A stretch of DNA of 64,000 nt from Planctomycetota bacterium (GCA_022072415.1 JAJVHW010000006.1:4958-68957), one strand, 5' to 3'; numbered from the stretch's first letter, positions 48,867 to 58,937 are shown. The notes: generated from the letters alone by a model not told the origin. Numbers and translations: made by a program.

Positions 48867-51269
48867 TCACTGGATGGTCCAGGACAGGCGGTAGCTCGCC
48901 CGCGGCGCGGTCGGATAGGCAGTCACGCGCAGGAAGTGCGTCCCACTGGACGAGGGCGTGTACTCGAGGAAGAAGTTGTAGTCCGTCTGCCCGAAGATGT
49001 CCGTGTAGTCGTCCGCGTAGCCGAGCTCGAGCGTGCCTCCGGCGTCGGCGAAGATCGTCCCCACCGTGTCGCCGTCCCCGGTCGTGTAGAAGGCGTAGGT
49101 GTTCCCGGCGACGAGGTCGATCGCGTACCAGTCGGCGATGTCGTTCGCGTCGAGCTCGTGCTGCGACGTCGTGCCGAATGAATCGGACCCGAGGTCCGTC
49201 GCGCCGGCGCCGTTGTCGTCCTCCGGATCGAACGCGTCGAGCCCCGGCGAGCCGGACACGTTCACCGTGATCGCCGTCCCCGCGAAGCCGTTCGCGTCGT
49301 AGGGCCCCACGCGGTAGGTGTGCTGCCCCGGGCCCGGGCGGTGCTTGTACGACTTCGCGCCCGCTCCGAGGTTCGTCAGCGTGACGAACCCCGACGGCCC
49401 CTCGAGCTCGACGCGGTACCCCTGTTCGCCGGCCGCGCGGTCCTTCCACGTGAGCTTGACGACGCCCCTCCGGTTCACGGTCGCGCGGAGCCGCTTCACC
49501 GCCGCCGGGAGCTCCCCCGCCGGCGCGTAGTAGACGAGGGAGTACGACGTGTCGGACGCCAGCGCGCGGCGGACGCGGAGCCAGTGCCGCGCCGTCGCGG
49601 TCGCGACGTGCTGGATGCGGAACCCCGTCCCCGCCACGCCGGAGTCGGCGGCGACGACGTTCGCGCCGCCCGCGTCGAGCGACAGGTCCGCGCGCACCGG
49701 GCCGGACGCCTGGAACACGTACGTCGTGCCCTGCGCGAGGTCGAACGCGAACCAGTCCTCGGGATCGGTGGTCTGGAGGGTGTGGAGCCCGTGCGACGCC
49801 GCGTTCCCGGGCGGCGGGCCCATGTCCGTCGCGCCTGCGCCGGTGTCGTCCGTCGGGTCCCACGCGTCCGGCATGGGCACGGGCGGCTGCCCGTCGCCGA
49901 GGAACGGCGCGAGGAAGTTCTCGTAGCTCACGTCGAAGCGCCCGTAGTCGTCTGGGTCCCGCAGCGCGTTGCAGAAGGAGAGCCCGCAGCAGAGCTGCCC
50001 GATCACCTGCTGCTGCGCGTTGAAGAGCGCGGAGCCGGAGGATCCCTGCGCCGTCACGCCGTCGTCCCACGTGACCGTGTGGAACGCGCCGGTCCGGTCG
50101 GTCAGCTCGCCGTAGCTGATCCGCATGTGCTCGCCCTCGGGGTGGTGCACCCCGAGGACCGTGATCCCCTCCTGCGGCGTCGCGGCGTTCCAGCCGCAGA
50201 AGTACCGGTTCGAGGGCAGCGTGCCCGTGATGCGGACGAGCGTCACGTCGGTCGAATCCGACGTCACGGAGAGCTGCGCGCCGACGGTGCGCGGCACCGA
50301 CCCGATCGAGGGCGGCGAGCCGCCGCACGTGGACGCCTTGTAGTCCCAGAAGAACTCCATCGTGCGCGCCACCTTGTCGGTGGAGACGCAGTGGTTCGCG
50401 GTCAGGAAGTACGGGATCGTCGTGTTCGGATCGGAGTCGTTGAGCAGCGTGCCGGAGCAGAGGAACGTCGAGCCTCCGCTCGTGAACTCGTAGCGGGCGA
50501 CGGCGCGGGAGACGTTGGCGTTCCACGTCGCGTCGCACGCGATGTTGTTCATGCAGGAGAGGTTCGCCGCGAGTCCGGCTCCGTCGTCGTGGACGTGCGA
50601 CGGCTCGTCGGGCGCCTTGTAGCGGTGCGTGATCCCGTCGATCTCGAGCGAGACGCGGCGGTCGAGGGACTCCTCCGGCACGCGGAGCGTCACGCGCACG
50701 CGCTCGCCGAACACCGTCGGGGACATGAGGAAGCCGCCGTCCTCGGGCATGCGGAGCGGGCCGTAGGCCTCCTTCGGCTCGTCGGCGTCGGAGACGATCA
50801 GCTCCGCGCCCGGCGGCAGCGACGCGCGGGAGAACTTCACGCGTACGCCTCGGGCTCCGGCGGACTCGACGAGCGCCGTCCACGTGCGGGAGCCGTCGCC
50901 GCCGGTCTCCGCATCGCGCCAGCGCGACGGCCGCGGGGGCACGCGGATCACGCCGGTCGCGCGCTCCACGCCGACGCGGCTCCAGCGCTTCGCAAGTGCG
51001 CCCGGACGCGCCTTCTCGACCTCGTCCTGCGCGCGGAGCGACGCCTCGTCGATCGGAGGGAGCGAGACGCGCCGCGCCGGGGCGCGCGCGGACTTCGACG
51101 CTCCGCCGGGCCACGCCTTCCGGGCGGCCTCCGGGCTCGCCGCGTCGCCGAGGAGCGGCAGGTCGCGGGGTCCCTCGGCGCCGGGGGCTTCCTGGGCTGC
51201 GGCGGGCGCCGCGGCTGCCGCCAGCGCGAGCCCCAGAAGGACCCGCGCCGCGTTCGGACGGACGTGCAT
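48867..51269 (-). CDS. Secreted trypsin-fold (S1) serine endopeptidase with C-terminal pre-peptidase (PPC) domains
   Basis: Catalytic LTANHCV and GSSGSALF. There are two repeats of WF/YAxDL...Y.F PPC-like modules. The start MHVRPNA has a signal peptide. Confidence 0.75.
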   Translation of the reverse strand: MHVRPNAARVLLGLALAAAAAPAAAQEAPGAEGPRDLPLLGDAASPEAARKAWPGGASKSARAPARRVSLPPIDEASLRAQDEVEKARPGALAKRWSRVGVERATGVIRVPPRPSRWRDAETGGDGSRTWTALVESAGARGVRVKFSRASLPPGAELIVSDADEPKEAYGPLRMPEDGGFLMSPTVFGERVRVTLRVPEESLDRRVSLEIDGITHRYKAPDEPSHVHDDGAGLAANLSCMNNIACDATWNANVSRAVARYEFTSGGSTFLCSGTLLNDSDPNTTIPYFLTANHCVSTDKVARTMEFFWDYKASTCGGSPPSIGSVPRTVGAQLSVTSDSTDVTLVRITGTLPSNRYFCGWNAATPQEGITVLGVHHPEGEHMRISYGELTDRTGAFHTVTWDDGVTAQGSSGSALFNAQQQVIGQLCCGLSFCNALRDPDDYGRFDVSYENFLAPFLGDGQPPVPMPDAWDPTDDTGAGATDMGPPPGNAASHGLHTLQTTDPEDWFAFDLAQGTTYVFQASGPVRADLSLDAGGANVVAADSGVAGTGFRIQHVATATARHWLRVRRALASDTSYSLVYYAPAGELPAAVKRLRATVNRRGVVKLTWKDRAAGEQGYRVELEGPSGFVTLTNLGAGAKSYKHRPGPGQHTYRVGPYDANGFAGTAITVNVSGSPGLDAFDPEDDNGAGATDLGSDSFGTTSQHELDANDIADWYAIDLVAGNTYAFYTTGDGDTVGTIFADAGGTLELGYADDYTDIFGQTDYNFFLEYTPSSSGTHFLRVTAYPTAPRASYRLSWTIQ

Positions 51270-51434
51270 CGATCGCTCCTCCGCGCGGAGCCGGGCTGCG
51301 AAGGACCGGCGCCGCAACGGGGATGATGACACGAGTTTCCCGGCACGGGCCGGAGATACGCGAGCTCCCTCCCCGCCGGGCGCAGAGGCCCCTATGGAAC
51401 CTGCCGCGCCGCGACAGGTTCCTTCACGGCCTCA

Positions 51435-52203
51435 TCAGCCGCCGCCGCGCCCCTTCGGCACGGTGAGCCCGTACCAGAGGATGTGCCAGAAGGCGGCGAT
51501 GCCGTCCTTCCACGTAATCTTCTTCCCCTCGGCGTACGTGCGCCCGTCGTACCCGATCCCGACCTCGTAGAACCGCCACCCGGCGCGCGCGAGGCGCACG
51601 GTGATCTCCGGCTCGAAGCCGAAGCGGTCCTCCTTGAGGACGAGACCCTGCACGCACTCGCGGCGCATGGCCTTGAAGCACGTCTCCATGTCCGTCAGGT
51701 TGAGGTCGCTCGTCATGTTGCTGAGCGTCGTCAGCATGCGGTTCCCGACGGTGTGCCAGAAGTAGAGGACGCGGCCCGCCTCGCCGCCGCGGAAGCGGGA
51801 GCCGTAGACCACGTCGGCGCGGCCGTCGGCGATGGGCTCGAGGAGCTTCCCGTACTCGCGGGGGTCGTACTCGAGGTCGGCGTCCTGGACGAGCACCGCC
51901 TCGCCGGTCGCCGTCGCGAACCCGGTGCGCATCGCCGCGCCCTTGCCTTCGTTCCGCTCCTTCAGGACGAGCCGGTCGATCCGGTCCCGGATCCGCTCGA
52001 GTTCCCGCCGCGTCCCGTCGGTCGAGCAGTCGTCCACGACGACCACCTCGACCGAGGCTCCGAGGTGCGACAGGTCCACCGCGCGGACCTTCTCCACGAC
52101 GGCCGCGATCGTCGCCTCCTCGTTGAAGCACGGGATGACGACGGAGACGCGCCACGGGCGTTCGAGCGGCTTGCGTGCGGAGGCGTCGCGGGCGGCGGTC
52201 AAG
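51435..52203 (-). CDS. Glycosyltransferase family 2 (polyprenyl-phosphate sugar transferase-like), probable TTG start 14 nt from MITE copy 2
   Basis: VSVVIPCFNEE...VVVVDDCSTDGT...VQDADLEYDP. The 5' end of ORF 51435..52454 is MITE-derived. Confidence 0.7.
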
Positions 52204-52217
52204 CCGGGGAGTGTAAG

Positions 52218-52451
52218 GCGTCGTCCCGAAACAAGTGACACACTTGGCCGCGATGCGGCGAGCCGGCTGCAAGGCGGGCGAGCGGCGCCAACTCGACGGA
52301 GAGAGTTGCGGCGCGAGCCCAACGCAGCAGACGGCCGCCGGATCGCGGCAGCTTGCTGGCGTGCGGGTTGCGATCCGTTCGTACAGGGTTTTCCGGCGAC
52401 GGACGTCGCAACCCGCATGACGAAGTGTGTCAGTTGTTTCGGGACGACGCC
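52218..52451 (-). repeat. MITE copy 2 (inverted orientation relative to copy 1)
   Basis: It is about 90% identical to the reverse complement of 42260..42494. Flanks are TAA and CAA. Confidence 0.6.
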
Positions 52452-52522
52452 CAAGTGGCGTCCGGCGCGCCCGGGAGTTCCGGCGCGGCGGGCCGTCGTC
52501 CCGGCGAAAGTGGCCCGTTCCC

Positions 52523-53161
52523 ATGGGCGACACGGGTTCCCCCCAGGCCGAGTGCGACCGCTTCTTCGAGGCGGCGCAGGCCGCGATCGACACGCAGCGC
52601 TTCGACGACGCCGAAGCCGCTCTGCTCGAGGCCGCAGGTGCCGCGGCTCGGTGCGGTCCGAGGGACCCGCGGAACGCGGTCGCGATGCATCACCTCGGGA
52701 TCGTCCACGGCGCGCGCGCGCGCTTCGGAGACGCGGAGCGGGCGCTGGTCGCGGCGGTCGCTGCGTGGGAGCGTTCCGTCGGGCCGGACGATCCGCACGT
52801 CTGCGCCAGCGTGAACGCCCTGGGCCACGTGCTCGCCCTGGCCGAGCGCCACGAGGAGGCCCTCGCGCAGTTCGGGCGGTGCCTCGCGATCTGGGAGCGC
52901 GTCCGCGGGCCCGCGCACCTGGTCGTCGCCGCGTGCCTCCACAACGTCGCGACGCAGCACGCCGCGCTCGGACGGCACGAGACCGCGGTGCCGCTGTTCG
53001 AGCGCGCGCTCGCGATCGACGAGTCGGCGCGGGGGAAGGACCACCCCGGCTCCGCGGACACGCTCGAGGTGTACGCCGAGTCGCTCGCTGCGCTCGGCCG
53101 CGAGGCCGCGGCCCTCGCCGTCTCCGGACGTGCCGCGGCGCTCCGGGCCGCCGCGTCCTGA
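52523..53161 (+). CDS. TPR-repeat protein
   Basis: Repeated AxxxLGxVxxxxxxxxEAxxxxxRxLAI units. Confidence 0.6.
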   Translation: MGDTGSPQAECDRFFEAAQAAIDTQRFDDAEAALLEAAGAAARCGPRDPRNAVAMHHLGIVHGARARFGDAERALVAAVAAWERSVGPDDPHVCASVNALGHVLALAERHEEALAQFGRCLAIWERVRGPAHLVVAACLHNVATQHAALGRHETAVPLFERALAIDESARGKDHPGSADTLEVYAESLAALGREAAALAVSGRAAALRAAAS

Positions 53162-53180
53162 TCCGCCGCGCAACGCCCCG

Positions 53181-54413
53181 TCAGGCGCGACCCGCCGCCA
53201 CGGACTGCACGCGGAGCACGGCCGCGGCCCTCCGTCCGTCGGGCGAGATCCGGCAGCGGGACCCCCGCGGCACCAGCACGGCGCCGCCCGAAGGCGCGAT
53301 CCATGCGCGGTCCCCGGCGTGGACGCGGATCGGCCCGGCGAGCACGATCATCACCACGTCTCCCCGCTCGGCGACGACGCGGACTTCGGCACCCGCGGGG
53401 ATCTCGTCGCGAACCGCACGCACGCACGACGACGCGACCGCGAACGACTCCGGATCGCGGCTCGCCGCCTCGGGAGTGACGTGGCGCCACTCGAGCGGCC
53501 GCGGTCCCGCGGGATCCGCCACGGTGAACGCGCGATATGCCCGCACCTCGTCGAGACCGTCCACGCCCAGCGCCTCCGCGAGTCCGCGGTCGTCGTCGGG
53601 GTGCTCCGCGAGGTACCTCACGACGAACGTCCTCCGGAGCGACTCCGCCGTGCAGCGCACGCCCGCCGCGTCGGCGGCCCGGCGCACGGCGTCCTCGACC
53701 GCACGCGCGTCCATCGCCGCCCGCCCGCCCACCCGGAACAGGAATCCTCCCCGCCGGCGCGGGTTCTCGGCGAGGAGCGCGGCCATCCGGGCCGACGCGT
53801 AGGGACCGAGACGGAGGAGCTTCGGGCGGCGCCCCCGGACCCGCACCCACTCCGCGCGTCCGGCGCGGATCTGGACGTCGCCGGACCGGATCCGCGCGGC
53901 GTCCTCCGCGCGAAGCCCCGTGCCGAGCAGCAGCGACACGATCGCCGCGCACTGCGGGCCGAGCACGTCCGCCGCGGCCCGCAGGCGCCGCTCGCCCGCC
54001 GCGTCGAGGGCCGCCGTCGCGTCCCTGCGGGCGACGTCGAGGAACGGAAGCTCCGCGAACCCGCGGGCCGTGCGCTCGAGCCACGGCTCCGCGCGTGCGG
54101 CGAACGCGGCGTAGCGGCGGAGGAAGGAGAGCCGGCGGTTCAGCGTCGCCGGCGCGGTCCCCGAGGCGAGCTGGCGCCGGCGCATCCGGTCGAACCTGGC
54201 CGGTCCGAAGTCCTTCAGGTCGAACTTCCGCCCCCGGGGACCGGCGCACGCCGCGAGCGTGGCCCAGTCCGACGCGTAGCACGCGCGCGTGACCGGCGCC
54301 AGGCCGTCGCGCCGCAGGTGCTCGCGGAACGCCTCGAACCGGCGCGCCTCGCGCGGCGTCGCGCGGTCACCCCCGGATTCGGCGACGTTTCGTGCGGGCG
54401 TGCGCGTACTCAT
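53181..54413 (-). CDS. Fusion of a tyrosine-recombinase-like domain (degenerate catalytic residues) with a C-terminal cupin
   Basis: SAM-like N-domain FREHLRRDGLAPVTRACYASDWATLA and box I LLLGTGLRAEDAARI. Box II is degenerate (LRRTF in place of LRHxF, and the second His is lost). Cupin-like EVRVVAERGDVVMIVLAGPIRVHAGD. Confidence 0.6.
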   Translation of the reverse strand: MSTRTPARNVAESGGDRATPREARRFEAFREHLRRDGLAPVTRACYASDWATLAACAGPRGRKFDLKDFGPARFDRMRRRQLASGTAPATLNRRLSFLRRYAAFAARAEPWLERTARGFAELPFLDVARRDATAALDAAGERRLRAAADVLGPQCAAIVSLLLGTGLRAEDAARIRSGDVQIRAGRAEWVRVRGRRPKLLRLGPYASARMAALLAENPRRRGGFLFRVGGRAAMDARAVEDAVRRAADAAGVRCTAESLRRTFVVRYLAEHPDDDRGLAEALGVDGLDEVRAYRAFTVADPAGPRPLEWRHVTPEAASRDPESFAVASSCVRAVRDEIPAGAEVRVVAERGDVVMIVLAGPIRVHAGDRAWIAPSGGAVLVPRGSRCRISPDGRRAAAVLRVQSVAAGRA

Positions 54414-54474
54414 ATAATACGACTATAACGTCCCCGCTCCCGGAGGCAACCGGAGGCCGGGCGGAGGAGACCGC

Positions 54475-55605
54475 ATGCCGAACGTCCGCTACGTGACGAA
54501 CCTCGCCGCGCTTCCGGGGATCCCGGCCCACGCCCGCCCCCACCTCGAGCGGATCGCGGAGAAGTACAAGTTCCGGGCGAACGACGGCTACCTCGGCCTG
54601 ATCGACTGGTCGGACCCGGCGGACCCGATCCGCCGGATCGTCGTCCCGGACGCCGGGGAGTCGGAGGACTGGGGCGCCCTCGATGCGTCGAACGAGGCCG
54701 CGCACACGGTCGCGCCGGGGACCCAGCACAAGTACGCGCAGACCGCCCTCCTCCTCGTGAACGAGGTGTGCGGCGCGTACTGCCGGTACTGCTTCCGCAA
54801 GCGCCTGTTCATGGACGGGAACGACGAGACCTCGATGGACGTCGGCCCCGGCTGCGAGTACATCGCGGCGCGGCCGGAGATCACGAATGTCCTGCTGACC
54901 GGCGGCGATCCGCTGGTCCTCTCCACCCGCCGCCTCGGCGAGATCCTCGCCCGGGTGCGCGCGATCCCCCACGTGCGGATCATCCGGATCGGCTCGAAGA
55001 TGACGGCGTTCAACCCGCACCGGATCCTCGGGGACCCGGAGCTTCCGCGCATGCTCGGCATGCACAGCCTCCCCGACCGCCGCGTGTACCTGATGGCGCA
55101 CTTCGACCATCCGCGCGAGCTCACCGGCGACGCGGTGGCCGCGATCGACGCGCTGATCCGGGCCGGCGTCATCGTCGTCAACCAGTGCCCCCTGCTCGCG
55201 GGGATCAACGACGACGCGGACACCCTCCGCACGCTCTTCCGCGAACTGTCGTTCGCGGGCGCGCCGCAGTACTACGTGTTCCAGGGACGGCCCACGGCCG
55301 GGAACCTCCCGTTCCGCGTGCCGATCGTGCGCGGGTGGCACATCTTCCAGGAGGCCCTCCGGGGCATCTCCGGGCTCGCGAAGCGCGCGCGCTTCGTGAT
55401 GTCGCACGAGAGCGGCAAGGTCGAGGTGGTCGCGGTGACCGACGACGACGTCATCGTGCGGTACCACCGGGCGCGGGACCCGGCGATGCGGGGCCGCGTG
55501 CTCGTCTACGAACGCGACGACGACGCCGCGTGGCTCGACGAACTCCGCCCGCGGGGCCGCCGCCCCTCGGACGAGCCGGTCGGCGCCGCCCTCGGGCCGG
55601 AGTAG
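54475..55605 (+). CDS. KamA-family radical SAM protein (lysine 2,3-aminomutase-like)
   Basis: CGAYCRYCFRKR (CxxxCxxC) and LLTGGDPL. Confidence 0.85.
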   Translation: MPNVRYVTNLAALPGIPAHARPHLERIAEKYKFRANDGYLGLIDWSDPADPIRRIVVPDAGESEDWGALDASNEAAHTVAPGTQHKYAQTALLLVNEVCGAYCRYCFRKRLFMDGNDETSMDVGPGCEYIAARPEITNVLLTGGDPLVLSTRRLGEILARVRAIPHVRIIRIGSKMTAFNPHRILGDPELPRMLGMHSLPDRRVYLMAHFDHPRELTGDAVAAIDALIRAGVIVVNQCPLLAGINDDADTLRTLFRELSFAGAPQYYVFQGRPTAGNLPFRVPIVRGWHIFQEALRGISGLAKRARFVMSHESGKVEVVAVTDDDVIVRYHRARDPAMRGRVLVYERDDDAAWLDELRPRGRRPSDEPVGAALGPE

Positions 55606-55641
55606 CGCGCGCGGCGCCGGATCGGCGAGAGTCGGCGCTCC

Positions 55642-56466
55642 ATGGAACTCCGCAACTACGTCACGACGCCGGACCTCGTCACCGCGGTGCAGGCGGCCGT
55701 CGCGCTGGAGCGCCCGCTCCTCGTGAAGGGCGAGCCGGGGACGGGGAAGACCGTCCTCGCCGAGGAGGTGGCGGCGTCGCTCGGGAAGCCGCTCTTCCGC
55801 TGGCACGTGAAGTCCACCACGAAGGCGCAGCACGGGCTCTACGAGTACGACGCCGTCGCGCGGCTCCGCGATTCGCAGCTCGGCGACCCGCGCGTGAGCG
55901 ACGTGCGGAACTACATCGTGAAGGGCCGCGTGTGGGAGGCGTTCGAGGCGCCGGAGGGCGCCGTGCTGCTGATCGACGAGATCGACAAGGCGGACATCGA
56001 GTTCCCGAACGACCTCCTCCAGGAGCTGGACCGGATGGAGTTCTTCGTGCACGAGACCCGCGAGTGGGTCCGCGCGAAGCGGCGCCCGCTCGTCTTCATC
56101 ACGTCGAACAACGAGAAGGAGCTCCCCGACGCGTTCCTCCGCCGGTGCTTCTTCCACTTCATCCGGTTCCCCGACCGCGAGACGATGGCGCGGATCGTCG
56201 CCGTGCACTTCCCCGGACTCCAGGAGGCGCTCCTCCGCGAGGCGCTCTCGCTCTTCTACGGACTCCGCGACGTGCCGGGGCTCCGGAAGAAGCCGTCCAC
56301 TTCGGAGCTCCTCGACTGGGTGAAGCTCCTCGTGCACGAGGGCGTCCCCGCCGAGACCCTCGCCCGGGCGGACGCGCAGGCGCCGCTCCTCGGCGCGCTG
56401 CTGAAGAACGAGCAGGACACCGCGACGGTCCGTCACGCCGGGCTCCGCCGCTCGCGCAGGGCGTGA
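55642..56466 (+). CDS. MoxR-family AAA+ ATPase (CbbQ/NorQ/CoxD-like)
   Basis: Walker A GEPGTGKT and Walker B LLIDEIDKA. Confidence 0.8.
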   Translation: MELRNYVTTPDLVTAVQAAVALERPLLVKGEPGTGKTVLAEEVAASLGKPLFRWHVKSTTKAQHGLYEYDAVARLRDSQLGDPRVSDVRNYIVKGRVWEAFEAPEGAVLLIDEIDKADIEFPNDLLQELDRMEFFVHETREWVRAKRRPLVFITSNNEKELPDAFLRRCFFHFIRFPDRETMARIVAVHFPGLQEALLREALSLFYGLRDVPGLRKKPSTSELLDWVKLLVHEGVPAETLARADAQAPLLGALLKNEQDTATVRHAGLRRSRRA

Positions 56467-56470
56467 CGGC

Positions 56471-57679
56471 GTGTTCGACCGCTTCTTCCTCTCGCTCCGC
56501 GACGCGAAGGTGCCCGTGTCGCTCCGCGAGTACCTGACGCTGCTCGAAGCCGTCGAGCGGGGCTGCGCGGACTTCGACGTCGAGCGCTTCTACGAGCTCG
56601 CGCGCACGACGCTCGTGAAGGACGAGCGACACTACGACCGGTTCGACCGGGTGTTCGCCGCGCACTTCGGGAACCTCGGAGAGGGCGCAGGACTCGATCC
56701 GTCCGGAGTGCCCGCCGGGTGGCTGGAGGCGCTCGCGCGGCGGGTGCTCTCCGAGGAGGAGAAGGCGCTCGTCAAGTCGCTCGGGGGCTTCGAGAAGCTG
56801 ATGGAGGAGCTACGGAAGCGGCTCCTCGAGCAGAAGGACGTCCACCGCGGCGGCTCGAAGTGGATCGGCACGGGCGGCACGTCGCCCTTCGGCGCGATGG
56901 GGTACCACCCCGAGGGCGTCCGCATCGGCCCCGTCTCGGCCGGGAACCGCACGGCGGTCAAGGTGTGGGACCGCCGCGAGTTCAGGGACTACGACGACGA
57001 CGCGGAGGTCGGCGTCCGCACGTTCCAGATGGCGCTCCGGCGTCTCCGGCGCTTCACGCGCGAGGGGCGCCCCGACGTGTTCGACGTGGACGGCACCATC
57101 GACGCGACCGCCCGGAACGCGGGGCTCCTCGACGCGCAGTTCGTCCCGGAGCGGCGGAACCGGCCGAAGGTGCTGCTCCTCCTCGACGTCGGCGGGTCGA
57201 TGGACGACCACGTCGAGACCGTCACGCAGCTCTTCAGCGCCGCGCGCGCGGAGTTCACGCGGCTCGTGCCGTTCCAGTTCCACAACTGCGTGTACGAGAC
57301 GCTCTGGCGCACGTCGGGGCCGCGCGAGTCGCGGACCGCGGCGACCGCCGAGGTGCTCCGCACCTACGGGAAGGACCACGGGCTGGTGGTGGTCGGCGAC
57401 GCCGCGATGAGCCCGTACGAGCTCGACGCGCCGGGCGGCGCGATCCACCACTGGAACGACGAGACCGGCGCCGCGTGGCTCGAGCGGCTCGTCGCCCATT
57501 ACCCGCGGGCCGCGTGGATCAACCCGATGCCGGAGGCGCGATGGCGCGCCTTCGAGACCGTCGGCCGCGTGAAGGGGATCTTCGGGAACCGCATGTTCCC
57601 GCTGACCGTCGGCGGGATCGAGCAGGCGATGCGGCGCCTCGCGCGCGCGACGCCGGCGCCTCCGCCGCGGGCGGCCTGA
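56471..57679 (+). CDS. VWA domain protein (CoxE-like partner of the MoxR ATPase)
   Basis: MIDAS-like LLLDVGGSMDD. It is adjacent to the MoxR ATPase in the same orientation. Confidence 0.75.
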   Translation: MFDRFFLSLRDAKVPVSLREYLTLLEAVERGCADFDVERFYELARTTLVKDERHYDRFDRVFAAHFGNLGEGAGLDPSGVPAGWLEALARRVLSEEEKALVKSLGGFEKLMEELRKRLLEQKDVHRGGSKWIGTGGTSPFGAMGYHPEGVRIGPVSAGNRTAVKVWDRREFRDYDDDAEVGVRTFQMALRRLRRFTREGRPDVFDVDGTIDATARNAGLLDAQFVPERRNRPKVLLLLDVGGSMDDHVETVTQLFSAARAEFTRLVPFQFHNCVYETLWRTSGPRESRTAATAEVLRTYGKDHGLVVVGDAAMSPYELDAPGGAIHHWNDETGAAWLERLVAHYPRAAWINPMPEARWRAFETVGRVKGIFGNRMFPLTVGGIEQAMRRLARATPAPPPRAA

Positions 57680-58891
57680 TCACCGGTCGGTGGAGAGCTC
57701 GCCGGTGGGGACCGCGCGGAAGCCGAGGCAGAGCGAGATTCCGTCCATGGACCCGTTCCCGTCGAGGTCGAGGTCCGCGGCGAGCCCGAGCAGGGCGAGG
57801 ACCCCGGCGTCCACCGTGATGCCCTGCGCTTCCATGAACTGCGTGACGGCGTCGATCGGGAGCCCCATCGCGATGCGGCCCGTGACCGGCGCGTCGGCGC
57901 CGGGATCGACCGTGCCGTCCACCTTCACGATCCCTTCGGCGGGGACGACGAACCCGCCGACCGCGACCGCCGCGCCGGAGAGATCGATCGCGAAGCGGCC
58001 TGCGGAGACCTTCGTGAAGGAGCGCGGCGTCGGGCGTCCGTCGCCCGCGAGGACGGACGTGACCGCGAACGGCTCCGTGCCGCTGAAGTTGTCGGACGGC
58101 TCCCCGTCGCGGTCCTCTCCGGCGGACAGCGACGCGAACGCGAGCGCGTCCTTCTTGAGGGCGTGCACGCCCCAGAGCCAGAGGAGTGCGACCTCCTCCG
58201 CGGTCCCCAGCGTCTCGTTCGCGAGCGCCGCCGGATCGACCCCGGCGAGCCCCGCGAGGCCCTGGAGCGCGTTGTCCCCGTCGCGGTCGCCGTCGAGGTC
58301 GGGCGACTGCGCCGCGGGAACGGAGAAGAACTCCGAGACGACCCAGACGGAGTCGTTCCCGTCGTCCCAGGGCGTGAAGCCCTTCGCCGCCGAGAAGCCG
58401 TCCGAGATCAGCGTGAGCGCGCCCGAGAGCGTCGCGGGGTCGGGCGCCGCCTTCCGCAGCGGCGCGAGCGCGGCGTCCGTCCCGTCGCGCGCCTTCTGGA
58501 TCTTCCTCCGGGCGGACTCGGGCAGGTGGAGCGCGCCGAGCGCGCCGTCGAGCGCCTCGAGAGACACCACGAGGTCCCGGTGGTAGGAGGCGCGCGCCTG
58601 GTCGTGCGCGTCGCGGAGCGCCAGTTCGATCTCCGTTCCGGCGAGCGCGGTCTCGAGGATCTTCGCCGACTTCGAGACGGCCTTCACCTCGTTCGCGATG
58701 GACCGTTCGTTGGAGTGCTTCCCGAGCGCGGCGTCCATGCGGTCGAGGGCGCGGATCTCCGCGCCGGTCGCGCCGGAACGGGCGGCCGTCACCGCGTCCT
58801 CGACCCCCTCGACGTACGTCGAGACCCCGTGCGCGGCGGCGGCGCCGGCAAGGACGAGGGTGAAGACGGCTGCGGCGGACTTCCTCGGCAT
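57680..58891 (-). CDS. Secreted hypothetical protein
   Basis: Signal peptide MPRKSAAAVFTLVLAGAAAAHG. No recognisable motif. Confidence 0.5.
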   Translation of the reverse strand: MPRKSAAAVFTLVLAGAAAAHGVSTYVEGVEDAVTAARSGATGAEIRALDRMDAALGKHSNERSIANEVKAVSKSAKILETALAGTEIELALRDAHDQARASYHRDLVVSLEALDGALGALHLPESARRKIQKARDGTDAALAPLRKAAPDPATLSGALTLISDGFSAAKGFTPWDDGNDSVWVVSEFFSVPAAQSPDLDGDRDGDNALQGLAGLAGVDPAALANETLGTAEEVALLWLWGVHALKKDALAFASLSAGEDRDGEPSDNFSGTEPFAVTSVLAGDGRPTPRSFTKVSAGRFAIDLSGAAVAVGGFVVPAEGIVKVDGTVDPGADAPVTGRIAMGLPIDAVTQFMEAQGITVDAGVLALLGLAADLDLDGNGSMDGISLCLGFRAVPTGELSTDR

Positions 58892-58937
58892 GATGTCGAT
58901 CCTCCGCGGGGACTGCGGGGCCCCGCAGACGGAGAGC

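Noticed and set aside
46531-51326. ORFs 46609..48270(+), 47667..49181(+), 48835..51114(-) and 49320..51326(+)
   Set aside because: They are alternate frames to the LpxR-like, HExxH and S1 protease genes.
51424-54428. ORFs 51424..52593(-), 51483..52238(+), 51832..53802(+), 52430..53173(-), 52690..54282(-) and 53130..54428(+)
   Set aside because: They are alternate frames. 51424..52593 fuses MITE sequence with an out-of-frame GT2 region.
54367-56665. ORFs 54367..56436(-) 689 aa, 54768..56537(+) and 56159..56665(-)
   Set aside because: They are antisense or alternate frames to the KamA and MoxR genes.
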